Source of the DNA: a virus
IMG/VR virus record: IMGVR_UViG_3300020048_000014
Coordinates: 64,001 to 128,000 of that record
Length of the DNA: 64,000 bases
Strand: one strand, 5' to 3'
Under the pieces are notes generated by a model. It searched no databases. It was not told the DNA's origin and saw only the letters and a program-made list of their open reading frames with translations. The position numbers and the translations under genes are program-made. This document shows positions 37,309 through 47,807 of this stretch, one piece after another. Within the stretch, counting starts at the first letter, position 1, and the number at the start of each line of letters is the position of its first letter.

Positions 37309-39609
37309 GTGGTAACTTCTACAACATATTTATCTTCGTTCGTAAATGCAAAAATTCAGACAAACACGGACAATTTCGTATTAAAACAATTTCAGCGCAC
37401 TTATCCGGGAAATTACGCTCTAAATTTTGTAGATGCATTATCTAATATTAATGATGTCAATACTAAAAATTATACAAATTTTTATTTGACTAATAATTAT
37501 AAGATATCTGATATTTTCGAACAACCAAAGACTAACAATAAATTGGTTAATATATTCGGAACTTTAATATCTGGGGACGAATTTTTAAAATTTAGCGATA
37601 TTGATCCTATGCCATACGCTATAGTGAACAGATTGGATGAACACTATAATTATGGTGTTCCGGTATTTTCTAATATTAAAGATGAATCAACAAATTTCAC
37701 TATATCCATTTTTAGTGATAATAGATGTAACATATTTTATACAAAAAACTATAAAAAATATTATTTATGTGCGGATATAAATAATAAACTTGTTTTCGTC
37801 AAACAAAATCTTTTAACATTTGATAAAACTTCTACGAATGCTCAAGATTTTCAATTTATATTTTCTGAAGCTAAAAACGAAATTTTTCTGTATAAAAATA
37901 CACAGAGTGGAAATTATTCAGTAGTAAATTATAATAATTCGTTAATATTGAATAATATAATCAGTAATGATTTCATTTCAAATACTTCCACTTCTTTTAC
38001 TATAAGTAGAAGTATATATGATGGTCATTCGACTGTTCCAAATACCTCCTATATCACATATTCTACTGATAATACTATTGATATAGACAAAAGTATATTT
38101 AATTTATCAAATAATATACTATTACACAAAACGTATAGTGTTGAAGACTCTTCAATAGATTCAATAATTTTAAAAAATCAGTTATTGCAGTCTGATATTT
38201 TTTCTTCTTCTAATAATTTATTATCCAGTAATACTAATAATCTATATGTAAATAATTTACGTGAATATTCGTCTATATTTCAAAATATAGACGAAGAAAC
38301 TTCAGAATCATTGGAATTAAATTATGTATACTATAACAAAAATTATAATATACTACCGGGAACTAATCTTTTCACCAGTCCCTCTAGCATGTATCCATAT
38401 AGCAAATTAAATGTTAATGATACTAAATTTGTCGATAGTGGGGCCTTTTCTTATGTAACACCACAATTTTCAGATAAAATTTATCGTTTATCCGATGACA
38501 TCATTAATAATGAAAATGGTCAATATTTATTATGCACATGGTTATCTGGATCTGTGACATCTATTGATAAAATTTGGGTTGATAGATATTATTATCCAGA
38601 CTTAATCGATAAACAGACTGCTATATCCACAGTCAGTGAGTTATATTCGACATATGATAATTATATTGAACAATTAATATCCAATAATAATAATATTTTA
38701 AGTTCTGTCCAGTATAAAAAAATATTTGATAAGAAAAGTGACCTAATTTTTGAACCAAATCAAAATTATCAATATGTTAGAATATCTGATACAATATTTT
38801 CAGAATTATCATCTCAAATTTCAAAAATTGATCCAGAAATTAATTTGAATTACTTTAAATCTATAAATGAGTCGGGAGAATTAATATTAGCGTTTTATTT
38901 CGATGGTGATGAATCATCTTGGAGCGTTAAGAGTGAGAGAAATAATATAAATTCTGGGTTATCTATAGAGAAGAACGGATATGAGATAACTATCACATAC
39001 GATGTATATGATTCTACCATGTTTAATTATGATTTTACGGAGTTTTCTTGGATAAGAAATAGTAAAACCATAAAAATAGAACCATTGCAATCAAATTTTG
39101 TATCTGTTGGAATTAATACCAAAACTAACCAGTGTTATTTTTTTGTAAATAACACTGTTGAGTATCAATTCAATTTACCTGAATATCAATTATACGTTAA
39201 ACATTTATTATACGGTGATTTTTTTGTATACTATGACTCTGATAAAAAGATAAAATTATCGGAATTCGCATATCCTAAAATATATAATATTATTATATCG
39301 AATTCTTATATTCCAGTAGAATTAATTTCCTTTATATTTTTAATGTCGAATAATAAAATTTCGGACAATATTGCTATAACATTACCGTGTGGAATGAGAA
39401 ATAGTAATGATTCTATTGAATTATTGAATAGTATTTGCGGATCATCGACATTTAAATCCAATTTTATTGATATTGATATTAATAATTTGAATATATCCGA
39501 TAAGAATATTTTAGATGGGTTGAGTCAGGTAATTGAAACCAATATATTGGAGGTGTTGCCAGCAAATACTAACATAAATAGTATAAATTATAAGAATTAT
39601 AAATCATGA
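37309..39609 (+). CDS. Large hypothetical, probable virion structural protein
   Basis: 766 aa beta-rich ORF; GTG start 5 nt after TAAATA. Confidence 0.65.
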   Translation: MVTSTTYLSSFVNAKIQTNTDNFVLKQFQRTYPGNYALNFVDALSNINDVNTKNYTNFYLTNNYKISDIFEQPKTNNKLVNIFGTLISGDEFLKFSDIDPMPYAIVNRLDEHYNYGVPVFSNIKDESTNFTISIFSDNRCNIFYTKNYKKYYLCADINNKLVFVKQNLLTFDKTSTNAQDFQFIFSEAKNEIFLYKNTQSGNYSVVNYNNSLILNNIISNDFISNTSTSFTISRSIYDGHSTVPNTSYITYSTDNTIDIDKSIFNLSNNILLHKTYSVEDSSIDSIILKNQLLQSDIFSSSNNLLSSNTNNLYVNNLREYSSIFQNIDEETSESLELNYVYYNKNYNILPGTNLFTSPSSMYPYSKLNVNDTKFVDSGAFSYVTPQFSDKIYRLSDDIINNENGQYLLCTWLSGSVTSIDKIWVDRYYYPDLIDKQTAISTVSELYSTYDNYIEQLISNNNNILSSVQYKKIFDKKSDLIFEPNQNYQYVRISDTIFSELSSQISKIDPEINLNYFKSINESGELILAFYFDGDESSWSVKSERNNINSGLSIEKNGYEITITYDVYDSTMFNYDFTEFSWIRNSKTIKIEPLQSNFVSVGINTKTNQCYFFVNNTVEYQFNLPEYQLYVKHLLYGDFFVYYDSDKKIKLSEFAYPKIYNIIISNSYIPVELISFIFLMSNNKISDNIAITLPCGMRNSNDSIELLNSICGSSTFKSNFIDIDINNLNISDKNILDGLSQVIETNILEVLPANTNINSINYKNYKS

Positions 39610-41411
39610 ATTATTTCAAATATACAAACGGTGAAGCATTCGTATTAGATGGATTTGATTATATCGGTTATTTTAACATAATTGATCAAATTGCATATAC
39701 TGGTAGAATTTTCGATAAAGATTCTCAAATATTAACACCTAAAGACACATTTATATCGGAAGTATATATCGGAAAATATGAAACCAATACAACATATAAA
39801 AATATTCAACCCATTGAAGAAAAATATTCTAATGCGTTTGATATTTTTAATAATGTTGGATTGGCGAATGCGACAGATAATATTAAAAGTAATAATATTA
39901 TCTGCTATAAGAATTTAATTCTGTCTAATCCCACAGTTTACAATTTTCAAGAAAATAACGGAGTATATTATGCTTTATCAAGCATATCTGAAACAAACTC
40001 TTTGAATATTCCATCCAAGAAAAATTATGTCGGTAATTGTGTATTGTTTGCAGACAACACCAATCTAAAATTTATGGATAATATAATATCGGGGGTATTA
40101 TTGGTCAATTCTTCTGAAAAATTTACTTATTTATTAACTGATGGTGAAAAAACTTACACATATAATGGACAGTTTGGAGAAAATACTCCACTAGAATATG
40201 TTAAATCTGTGGATAATATAAGTTTTGGAGTTGATGATTATGCTTATAAAAATCCTGATTACGTATATTCTATATATCAAGATGAGCCAAATAATAAAAT
40301 AATATATGTAAAATCATCAAATATAGAAATTCACGATTCTTTAAACTATAATGATTGTCCTGATACTATATTAGAAGATCGCATATCATTAAAACCAAGT
40401 GAAATTAAATTCATGAAATGGAATAGTTTGGATGAGAAGTTTTCCAATCCTACTATAAAATTTAAATGGAATGAAAAATTCATAATTTATAATGAAAACA
40501 ATCCATCCAGTATAAAATTTGGTTATAACTATAGAACTCAAATAGATAATGTTACTAATACATTGATTATATCTAATAAATATTCATCCGATACTATATA
40601 TAATATTTCATTAAATGCATTGAATATTTTTAATATTATATCAATAGATATACGATCTATTGATGATCACATACTAATTTTACATAAAAACTCTGACAAA
40701 ATTAATATTTCTCATTTTCCAGTTGCTAATATATCTGATATTAAACAGTGGGATATTGAAAGTGTTTTATTATCTTCTAATAATTACAATGTTAAATTTA
40801 CTGAGTATGATTCAGATGTTTTTACATTATCGAATGATTTAGAATATCAAACTAGATTTTTATCGAATCCAACTTATCCATCTGGTAGATTAGAATTGGC
40901 AGAATTGAATTATCCAATCTTCACAGTATGGAACAATACATTGCTATTATGGAATAACAATAATTATATGTGGAATTCACAAAAAAAATCTTCCAATTTT
41001 TATAAAAATATAATATCTTCGACATGTATTAAAAATAATAAGATGTATATGCTATTACATAATGTTGGTAGAATATACACTATATCTCAACCGATAAATG
41101 AAAGATTCTTAGATATAATTCCACTAGATTTGGTTAGACAATTCGGGAATTCGTCATGTGATGACACCTCACTTGGATTAAAATTAAATATAATTTTCAA
41201 AAGCCTAATCGATGACACATTATCCATCCTCAGAAATTCTTCGAATGGTGTGAGCTTCGAAGAAAGAAAAATAATCTATAAACAATTAGAAGATTTTACC
41301 TTAATTTCGGAGAATTTGTATATGAATACCAATGAAACTTTTAATGTGTTAATGATTAGACGAATTTTATTTGAAATATATAAAATTCAATCGAAAATAA
41401 TACCATCATGA
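39606..41411 (+). CDS. Large hypothetical, probable virion structural protein
   Basis: 601-aa ORF, ATGA overlap with upstream ORF. Confidence 0.65.
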   Translation: MNYFKYTNGEAFVLDGFDYIGYFNIIDQIAYTGRIFDKDSQILTPKDTFISEVYIGKYETNTTYKNIQPIEEKYSNAFDIFNNVGLANATDNIKSNNIICYKNLILSNPTVYNFQENNGVYYALSSISETNSLNIPSKKNYVGNCVLFADNTNLKFMDNIISGVLLVNSSEKFTYLLTDGEKTYTYNGQFGENTPLEYVKSVDNISFGVDDYAYKNPDYVYSIYQDEPNNKIIYVKSSNIEIHDSLNYNDCPDTILEDRISLKPSEIKFMKWNSLDEKFSNPTIKFKWNEKFIIYNENNPSSIKFGYNYRTQIDNVTNTLIISNKYSSDTIYNISLNALNIFNIISIDIRSIDDHILILHKNSDKINISHFPVANISDIKQWDIESVLLSSNNYNVKFTEYDSDVFTLSNDLEYQTRFLSNPTYPSGRLELAELNYPIFTVWNNTLLLWNNNNYMWNSQKKSSNFYKNIISSTCIKNNKMYMLLHNVGRIYTISQPINERFLDIIPLDLVRQFGNSSCDDTSLGLKLNIIFKSLIDDTLSILRNSSNGVSFEERKIIYKQLEDFTLISENLYMNTNETFNVLMIRRILFEIYKIQSKIIPS

Positions 41412-41445
41412 CTTGATAATTGAATCTTCTTGCTAAATAAGTCAA

Positions 41446-42165
41446 ATGAGTTCTTTTTTAGATAAATTTATTGCCGATACCTATAATGGAATACTTCATT
41501 CCGATATTGGATTAGATGAAACATCAATATCACAAATATTCGATGGGGATGGAAATAAGTCCGCATTAAGCCTTGGTAGAGAAAATAATGGTGGTAAAAT
41601 TACCGGACCTCTGGTATCAACTTCATCGACAGTGGAGCAAAATCTATCAGTAGGTGGAGGTATTACTGCTAATAATATATCATCATCATCTATTAATACT
41701 GATAGTATAGTAATTAACAATTCATTGCGAGCATCTAACGTCAATTACCCCGTTTCAGATAATTTGACAAGCCTATTTGCATTAATTTATCCGATTGGGT
41801 CTATATATTTGAACGCTGTAGGTACAAATCCGGGAATTATATTTAGCGGGACGACATGGAGGCAGATATCGCAAGGCAGATTCCTTGTCGGGGTAGGTAC
41901 GGGTAATGATGGTATCAATTCTTCACAGACATTTGCTCCCGGTAATAGTCAGGGTGTATATAAACACCAGATTACAATAGACGAAATGCCAAGGCATAAC
42001 CATACATATCAGACTATTACAGATGCTAATGTAAATCGAGAGTTTGGTGAAACCAAAATCGATGGTTATTTTGATACAAGAGATACATCGTTTGTCGGTG
42101 GCGATCAACCACATACCAATATACCGCCGAGCTTCGGGGTATATATCTGGCAAAGAACAGCTTAA
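41446..42165 (+). CDS. Baseplate/short-fibre protein with gp10-C-terminal-like domain
   Basis: IYPIGSIY...NPG...GTTW...GRFLVGVG...HQITIDEMPRHNH...PPSFGVYIWQRTA. Confidence 0.75.
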   Translation: MSSFLDKFIADTYNGILHSDIGLDETSISQIFDGDGNKSALSLGRENNGGKITGPLVSTSSTVEQNLSVGGGITANNISSSSINTDSIVINNSLRASNVNYPVSDNLTSLFALIYPIGSIYLNAVGTNPGIIFSGTTWRQISQGRFLVGVGTGNDGINSSQTFAPGNSQGVYKHQITIDEMPRHNHTYQTITDANVNREFGETKIDGYFDTRDTSFVGGDQPHTNIPPSFGVYIWQRTA

Positions 42166-42177
42166 TATATTTAAAGT

Positions 42178-43398
42178 ATGCCAAATATAAAAATTTCAAA
42201 AATAAAAACAAGGCGCGGGACCAACGAGCAATTAAAAACGACTGCTTTGGATCAAGGTGAGATAGTATCAACAACTGATACTAAACGTTTATATATAGGC
42301 ACTGGTTCCGGGTATGGTGGTTTTGTAGTAGGTAATAAAATACATTCACCCATAGTGAATTATTCATCATTAACTACTTTAATATCGGAAGTTGGTGATA
42401 TCGTAAATGCTAATAATAAATATTATCAGCTAACGTCTGCTGATTATACTAATATAACATCGTGGGGTGATGTATCTACCAAAATAGATCCTATTCTGTT
42501 TAACTATACAGCCACTAATAGCATTACTTTGAATAGTAATTCAATTTCGGCAGCATATATAAAATCTTCCACTGTTTTATCTGGTATTAAGATATCAAAT
42601 GGTGTTCTACAGACCGATATTAACACTAATAGTTTAGAAATATCTTCTAATAAGATTTCTATGAAAGCTGGTGGAATCGGAATTCGAGAAATCAATTCTA
42701 ATTCGTTTGGGCATGGTATAAGCGGGGGTTCTGGTAATACTATATCATTAAATTATGATTTGAGTGGATTAGAAATAATCGGCGGTAAGTTAGCACTACG
42801 GTCTGATGGTGTCGGTGTCAGAGAAATCAATTCTAATTCGTTTGGAGACGGTATAAGCGGGGGTTCTGGTGGCTTAATTGCATTAAGGGTCGAACCTTCT
42901 CAATTTTATTTCGAGTCGTCAGTATTGACATTATCATCGCTTCCAAGTTCTTGGATAGGTGATGGATTAATCTATAACTCTCCGGTTATATCGACTACTT
43001 TGACAAATGTAGATTCTACAATAAGTAAAACCAATACAGGAATAATTGGTTTATGCGCTATATCAATGGCGAGTAGTCATCAGCTTGCAAAGGTGCAGAT
43101 AGATGCTTATGGTAGAACCATAAGCAATGAATCAGCAATATTTGACGTATTGACTGGAAATTCTTCACTAAGTTCCTTCAATAGTAGTAGCTCATTGTCC
43201 ACTATATTCAATGGTCATCCAAATCAATCACTATCTGGTGCTATTCCCGGTCTACAACTAGCTAATTTCACCGCTATATCGGCAAATGGTGCCACTATAA
43301 CGCTATCATCCGCTGGATTTTTATTATTCGATCAACCATCCACAACTAGATCTGGCGCATCTGTTGGGAGATTCGCTATTCCAATTTTTTCTTATTAA
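42178..43398 (+). CDS. Tail fibre protein with Mtd-N-like N-terminal domain
   Basis: IKTRRGT...LDQGEI..TTDTKRLYIGTG; duplicated REINSNSFG.GISGGSG 45 aa apart. Confidence 0.7.
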   Translation: MPNIKISKIKTRRGTNEQLKTTALDQGEIVSTTDTKRLYIGTGSGYGGFVVGNKIHSPIVNYSSLTTLISEVGDIVNANNKYYQLTSADYTNITSWGDVSTKIDPILFNYTATNSITLNSNSISAAYIKSSTVLSGIKISNGVLQTDINTNSLEISSNKISMKAGGIGIREINSNSFGHGISGGSGNTISLNYDLSGLEIIGGKLALRSDGVGVREINSNSFGDGISGGSGGLIALRVEPSQFYFESSVLTLSSLPSSWIGDGLIYNSPVISTTLTNVDSTISKTNTGIIGLCAISMASSHQLAKVQIDAYGRTISNESAIFDVLTGNSSLSSFNSSSSLSTIFNGHPNQSLSGAIPGLQLANFTAISANGATITLSSAGFLLFDQPSTTRSGASVGRFAIPIFSY

Positions 43399-43405
43399 TT
43401 AATAT

Positions 43406-44434
43406 ATGATTATCAATCAAGATACTATTTTAAAACTAGTTTTTCGTCAAGGATCGGAAAATGATCGACGTAAAGTTATCTTTACTTCAGGTGAGCCCGT
43501 TTATACTACAAATTCTAGAAGATTATTCATTGGAAATGGATCATTGAGTGGGGGAGATGTTGTCGGTAATAAGTTTTTGGGGTATGATACAACTCTAGCG
43601 ACCCTAGCGACCAATAAATCACTTGCAGTGGAAGGTGATTTGGGATTTGTTATAGATAGTAATAAATTATATGTATTATCTGGAAATAATGGAAGTGATG
43701 TGAATAGCTGGAAGAATATTGGTGGCATATATACCACAGGAGATTCATATATTGATATATCATCATCGAATGCTATAAAATTGAATACTCTTTCTGCTAA
43801 TACAGTATCATTAGATTTATTACAATCACCATTGACTTTAAATTCTGGAAGAATTGCTTTATTGCCATTATCGGCAAATTATATTTCTTCTGATTTATTA
43901 CAATCACCATTGACTTTAAATTCTGGAAGAATTGCTTTATTGCCATTATCGGCAAATTATATTTCTTCTGATTTATTAACTGGTCCAATTATTTTAACTT
44001 CTGGAAGAATAGGTCTTTCATCTACTATTCCATATCAATCAGTGTCAACTAAGACAGTATTGGTATCAAGTGGTCTAGTATCTACTGCAAATGGAGTTAA
44101 TACTACTGGTATTGCTGTAAATACTCTATCTTCTGATATTGTAATCAAATCGAATCAATTATATGCCAAATATAATGGATTATTAAGCGCAACATCTCCT
44201 GAGTATGGTCAAAACATAACCACTGCATCCAGATTATCATCTGGGCATTATAGATTTACTTTTGGACCACTCCCAACCGCTAATTTAATTCCAAATGTTC
44301 AAATATTTGGGACTGGAGCATTAGGATATGAGGCTAGGACTATTTCAATATCTAATTCATCATGTGATGTTAAGATTTTAAGCAGTAATGGCACAAGCAC
44401 TGATGCCAATATCACTCTTTTAATATCATACTAA
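43406..44434 (+). CDS. Tail fibre protein with Mtd-N-like N-terminal domain
   Basis: LVFRQGS...GEPVYTTNSRRLFIGNG; 26-aa tandem repeat. Confidence 0.7.
   Translation: MIINQDTILKLVFRQGSENDRRKVIFTSGEPVYTTNSRRLFIGNGSLSGGDVVGNKFLGYDTTLATLATNKSLAVEGDLGFVIDSNKLYVLSGNNGSDVNSWKNIGGIYTTGDSYIDISSSNAIKLNTLSANTVSLDLLQSPLTLNSGRIALLPLSANYISSDLLQSPLTLNSGRIALLPLSANYISSDLLTGPIILTSGRIGLSSTIPYQSVSTKTVLVSSGLVSTANGVNTTGIAVNTLSSDIVIKSNQLYAKYNGLLSATSPEYGQNITTASRLSSGHYRFTFGPLPTANLIPNVQIFGTGALGYEARTISISNSSCDVKILSSNGTSTDANITLLISY
43814..43978 (+). repeat. Exact 78-bp tandem duplication (DLLQSPLTLNSGRIALLPLSANYISS x2)
   Basis: Unit starts at 43814 and 43892, with 9 more matching bases from 43970. Confidence 0.95.
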
Positions 44435-44437
44435 AAC

Positions 44438-45169
44438 ATGCCATTCCCATCTGACATTTCATTATCATCAACCGCTAAATATTTTGGGATTATAGACCCT
44501 AAAAAGGCTTATAATTTGAATTGGGATGTTGTTTGGAGTTTTACCTATGCTCTCACAGGAACTCAACATGGGTTTTCATCATTTTTAACAACCTCACCGA
44601 CAATTACGGGTGGTTTACCGGGGCAATATTTAGGTTCCGATAATCAAAATATGATTTTATCCATAGGATTTGATTCTACTGGATATTTCGCATTATCTTC
44701 GCCTTTAAGACCGGGTATACCTTTATCGTCAACTATTCCTAATAGTATTATTGTTCGAGATTCTAATGGTAGTGTTATTTTTAATAAATCTTTGTCATCT
44801 TTAGATACATCTTTTATACTTTCCTCTAGTGTAAAAACTTATCAAACATTAAGATTCAGATATTCTAATGCTGGCAGGAAACTCAGCATAGATTTTAAAA
44901 AATCCAATAATAAATATTCAACTTTAACAAGTTTGAATATTACAAGTTTAAATATTACAGATAATTTAACAGTTTATCCCGGATTTTCATTTTGTTCTCC
45001 TATATCTGGTTTAAATATTGAACCTTCCAGTATGTTTATTCAAAATTTTCACACTCAGGGAAATATATTATCACCCACTTATGAGACTTTAGAAATGATA
45101 CCTCTCCCTGGAAATATATTGAATACTTTTACTACAATTTCCGGTATTACTGCTACACCTTTTGTATAA
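44438..45169 (+). CDS. Hypothetical beta-sandwich (L-type lectin-like) protein
   Basis: WSFTY...GFSSFL...GQYLG...LSIGFDSTG resembles legume-lectin-like strands; weak. Confidence 0.45.
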   Translation: MPFPSDISLSSTAKYFGIIDPKKAYNLNWDVVWSFTYALTGTQHGFSSFLTTSPTITGGLPGQYLGSDNQNMILSIGFDSTGYFALSSPLRPGIPLSSTIPNSIIVRDSNGSVIFNKSLSSLDTSFILSSSVKTYQTLRFRYSNAGRKLSIDFKKSNNKYSTLTSLNITSLNITDNLTVYPGFSFCSPISGLNIEPSSMFIQNFHTQGNILSPTYETLEMIPLPGNILNTFTTISGITATPFV

Positions 45170-45921
45170 TGAATATATTAGATACTATATTAAGTGAGAC
45201 TATTTGTTCAAATCTAGTGATAGCCGATAACGGAAGTAGATACTGCAAATTTTTAACAAATAATATCGGTAGATTACATCCAACGAGTAAATCTTTTTGT
45301 AATTTAAAATGTAGAAACACTGGTCCCTATAATAATAGGGATATATCTTCAGAAGAAGAAAAAACATTTATAATATCCACTCTGAAAAAATATAATCCAT
45401 TTTTTAACATACAGAAAGAATTTATTGATAGAGTTTTAAAGACGTATAGATTACCTGTTGATATCGTTTCACCAGAAGAGTATTATGATGTTAAAAAATG
45501 TCTAGAGTTTTTAAATCAATATGATGGTTTTAAAAAAATTTTATTAACTGGATCTATTATAACGAAAAACGCAACCACTCCTTTACATGATATTGATATT
45601 GTTTTATGGTTTTCTAATCTAGAAGTTTATATAAATAATAATATTGTATCTAAATTGCCAAAAGAGATAAATGGCATCAAGACTGATTATTTCATCATAA
45701 TAGGCGATAAAGATATATCGTTATCTTCTTTATTTTTTTGTTGCGTATCCCCGGAAGATAAAATATTATATAAATCCAAATGGTTTGAATTAGATTTACG
45801 ATCTATTCCAGACGGGTTTACTATAATTGACGCAGAATGTGAATATTTTGATATAGTCATGAAGGAAATGTTTTTAAACGATAACAAAAAAAATAAAAAA
45901 TGTTGTGGGGGTAAATCATGA
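45169..45921 (+). CDS. Putative Pol-beta-superfamily nucleotidyltransferase with Cys-containing termini
   Basis: ILLTGSI...HDIDIVLW...KTDYF (GS + DxD + D). Confidence 0.55.
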   Translation: MNILDTILSETICSNLVIADNGSRYCKFLTNNIGRLHPTSKSFCNLKCRNTGPYNNRDISSEEEKTFIISTLKKYNPFFNIQKEFIDRVLKTYRLPVDIVSPEEYYDVKKCLEFLNQYDGFKKILLTGSIITKNATTPLHDIDIVLWFSNLEVYINNNIVSKLPKEINGIKTDYFIIIGDKDISLSSLFFCCVSPEDKILYKSKWFELDLRSIPDGFTIIDAECEYFDIVMKEMFLNDNKKNKKCCGGKS

Positions 45922-46610
45922 ACGTTTCTTGTGGAAATAACTTTACAGATTGGAGAAATGGTGTAATAAATGATGAGTGTATATGTACATATTTAGATGA
46001 ATTGAATCCGGGTGAAGATACTGGTTTTCTAGAATCTAGAGCGTTAGAATCTGCCGGAGTCCCATTATTTGGAGAATTTGTATATAATGGAAAAAATTTT
46101 TATGTCAATTCACCACCATTAGAACTTATACCCAGTGGACCGACGGATAACATTGGTAATTTCTATACCATAACTAGGATAGATGATGACACAACTTCTA
46201 CTACTTCTACTACTTCTTCTACTTCTACTACTTCTACTACTTCTACTACACCACCACCTACACCACCACCTACACCACCACCTACTACTACTACTACTAC
46301 TACTACTCCTAATACTACTACTACTCCTTCACCATCGTGTTGTGTGTGTTGCACGACAGCAACACCCATCGTTATAATACCGCCTGTGATTTTTACTCTT
46401 CCGCCAGTAATACCGGGGACTAATATCCCCCTAACTACCACACTACCACCCAATTACACTTCATTAACTTCGGAAGAATTGACAACAACACCGACCACTG
46501 CCACCACAACTGTCAATCCGACGACATTCACATCATCTACGACTACGACCATATTCATTAAACCCACATGCGATTGCAGTGGGAATAATTGCAATTATTT
46601 AGGTTTTTGA
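45918..46610 (+). CDS. Thr/Pro-rich mucin-like protein with Cys clusters
   Basis: TTSTTSTTSSTSTTSTTSTTPPPTPPPTPPPTTTTTTTTP tract; CCVCC and CDCSGNNC. Confidence 0.7.
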   Translation: MNVSCGNNFTDWRNGVINDECICTYLDELNPGEDTGFLESRALESAGVPLFGEFVYNGKNFYVNSPPLELIPSGPTDNIGNFYTITRIDDDTTSTTSTTSSTSTTSTTSTTPPPTPPPTPPPTTTTTTTTPNTTTTPSPSCCVCCTTATPIVIIPPVIFTLPPVIPGTNIPLTTTLPPNYTSLTSEELTTTPTTATTTVNPTTFTSSTTTTIFIKPTCDCSGNNCNYLGF

Positions 46611-46621
46611 TAATTATATCA

Positions 46622-47410
46622 ATGAAGAAATTAACCATAGGTATGGCGACTCATGATGATTATGACGGATTATATTTTACTATACAAAATATAAGAATCA
46701 ATCACCGTGAAATTTTAAATGATATTGAATTTGTTATCGTGGATAATAATCCAAATAGTAAGTATGGTATCGCCAATAGAAAACTATTAGAACATATTAA
46801 AGAACCTGTTCAGTATCTACCATTCACAAAACACCAATCGACTACTGTAAAAAATAAAGTATTTGAATTAGCTGATACCCCATATGTGATGTGTATTGAT
46901 AGTCATGTATTCATAGAACCTAACGCTATTAAAAAATTAATAGACTTTTATGACGATAAAAAAGATTTCGGGAATCTTTTACAAGGTCCGTTACTGTATG
47001 ATGACATGACAACAATATCGACACATTTTGATTTAAAATGGTCTAATTATATGTGGGGACAGTGGGGGACTGATGCGAGAGGAATTGATATTAATTCTGA
47101 ACCATTTGAAATTCCCGCTCAAGGTATGGGATTATTTTCATGTCGTAAAGACTCTTGGCTAGGCTTTAATAAAGAATTTAGAGGATTTGGGGGAGAAGAA
47201 GGATATATACACGAAAAATACCGCAAAAATAATAAAAAAACGTTATGTTTACCATTTTTGCGGTGGATTCATCGTTTTGAAAGACCTAATGGTGCTTCTT
47301 ACCCCAATAATCTTAAAGAAAGATATAGAAATTATCATATCGGATTCACCGAGCTTGGTTTAGATACTACAGAGCTAGATGAACACTTTAAAGATGTGAT
47401 AAACCAATGA
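46622..47410 (+). CDS. Glycosyltransferase, GT-A fold (GT2-like)
   Basis: LTIGMAT, EFVIVDNNP, MCIDSH, GFGGEEG. Start moved to 46622. Confidence 0.8.
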   Translation: MKKLTIGMATHDDYDGLYFTIQNIRINHREILNDIEFVIVDNNPNSKYGIANRKLLEHIKEPVQYLPFTKHQSTTVKNKVFELADTPYVMCIDSHVFIEPNAIKKLIDFYDDKKDFGNLLQGPLLYDDMTTISTHFDLKWSNYMWGQWGTDARGIDINSEPFEIPAQGMGLFSCRKDSWLGFNKEFRGFGGEEGYIHEKYRKNNKKTLCLPFLRWIHRFERPNGASYPNNLKERYRNYHIGFTELGLDTTELDEHFKDVINQ

Positions 47411-47508
47411 TTATTGTCCTTTAGACCACTTCAAAGCGTCATATTCACCTTTATACAGGTTAATTTGTAGACGCCCGCTTTTGTCGGGTATTTAGAATGT
47501 CTTACCAT
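47411..47508 (-). pseudogene. Probable remnant of a GIY-YIG endonuclease gene
   Basis: MVRHSKYPTKAGVYKLTCIK resembles MEEHPKKAGIYKLISK of the intact endonuclease at 55350-56219; stop after 25 codons; preceded by TAAATA-N6. Confidence 0.5.
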
Positions 47509-47537
47509 CCAAAATATTTATCCATGTGACCTCGAAA

Positions 47538-47774
47538 TTAAATTAAACCCATTTTAATCTCACATTGTACGTCATGAAGCATACTTATGCTTCTTTCTTC
47601 CATGTATTTCTCAATTGCTGCTGGTTTTATCAGCAATTCTAAGTTGTTAATTCCTAATTGTTCTGCTTTTTCTTTAATGAAATCAAAAGCTTCAATTAAA
47701 CAAGCCCATCTTGTAAATTCAGTATCACTCATTGTCTCCACTGACCCATCCCCACGTTCTATTGCCACTGTCAT
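47538..47774 (-). CDS. Small hypothetical protein
   Basis: 78-aa ORF with normal composition. Confidence 0.7.
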   Translation of the reverse strand: MTVAIERGDGSVETMSDTEFTRWACLIEAFDFIKEKAEQLGINNLELLIKPAAIEKYMEERSISMLHDVQCEIKMGLI

Positions 47775-47807
47775 ATATTTTCTATATTATCTATTAGTGT
47801 TTAATGA

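Noticed and set aside
46163-46453. Poly-Val and poly-Leu/His alternative-frame ORFs over the Thr tract
   Set aside because: Frame shadows of the triplet repeat; the Thr frame is the one with overlapping start/stop links to neighbours.
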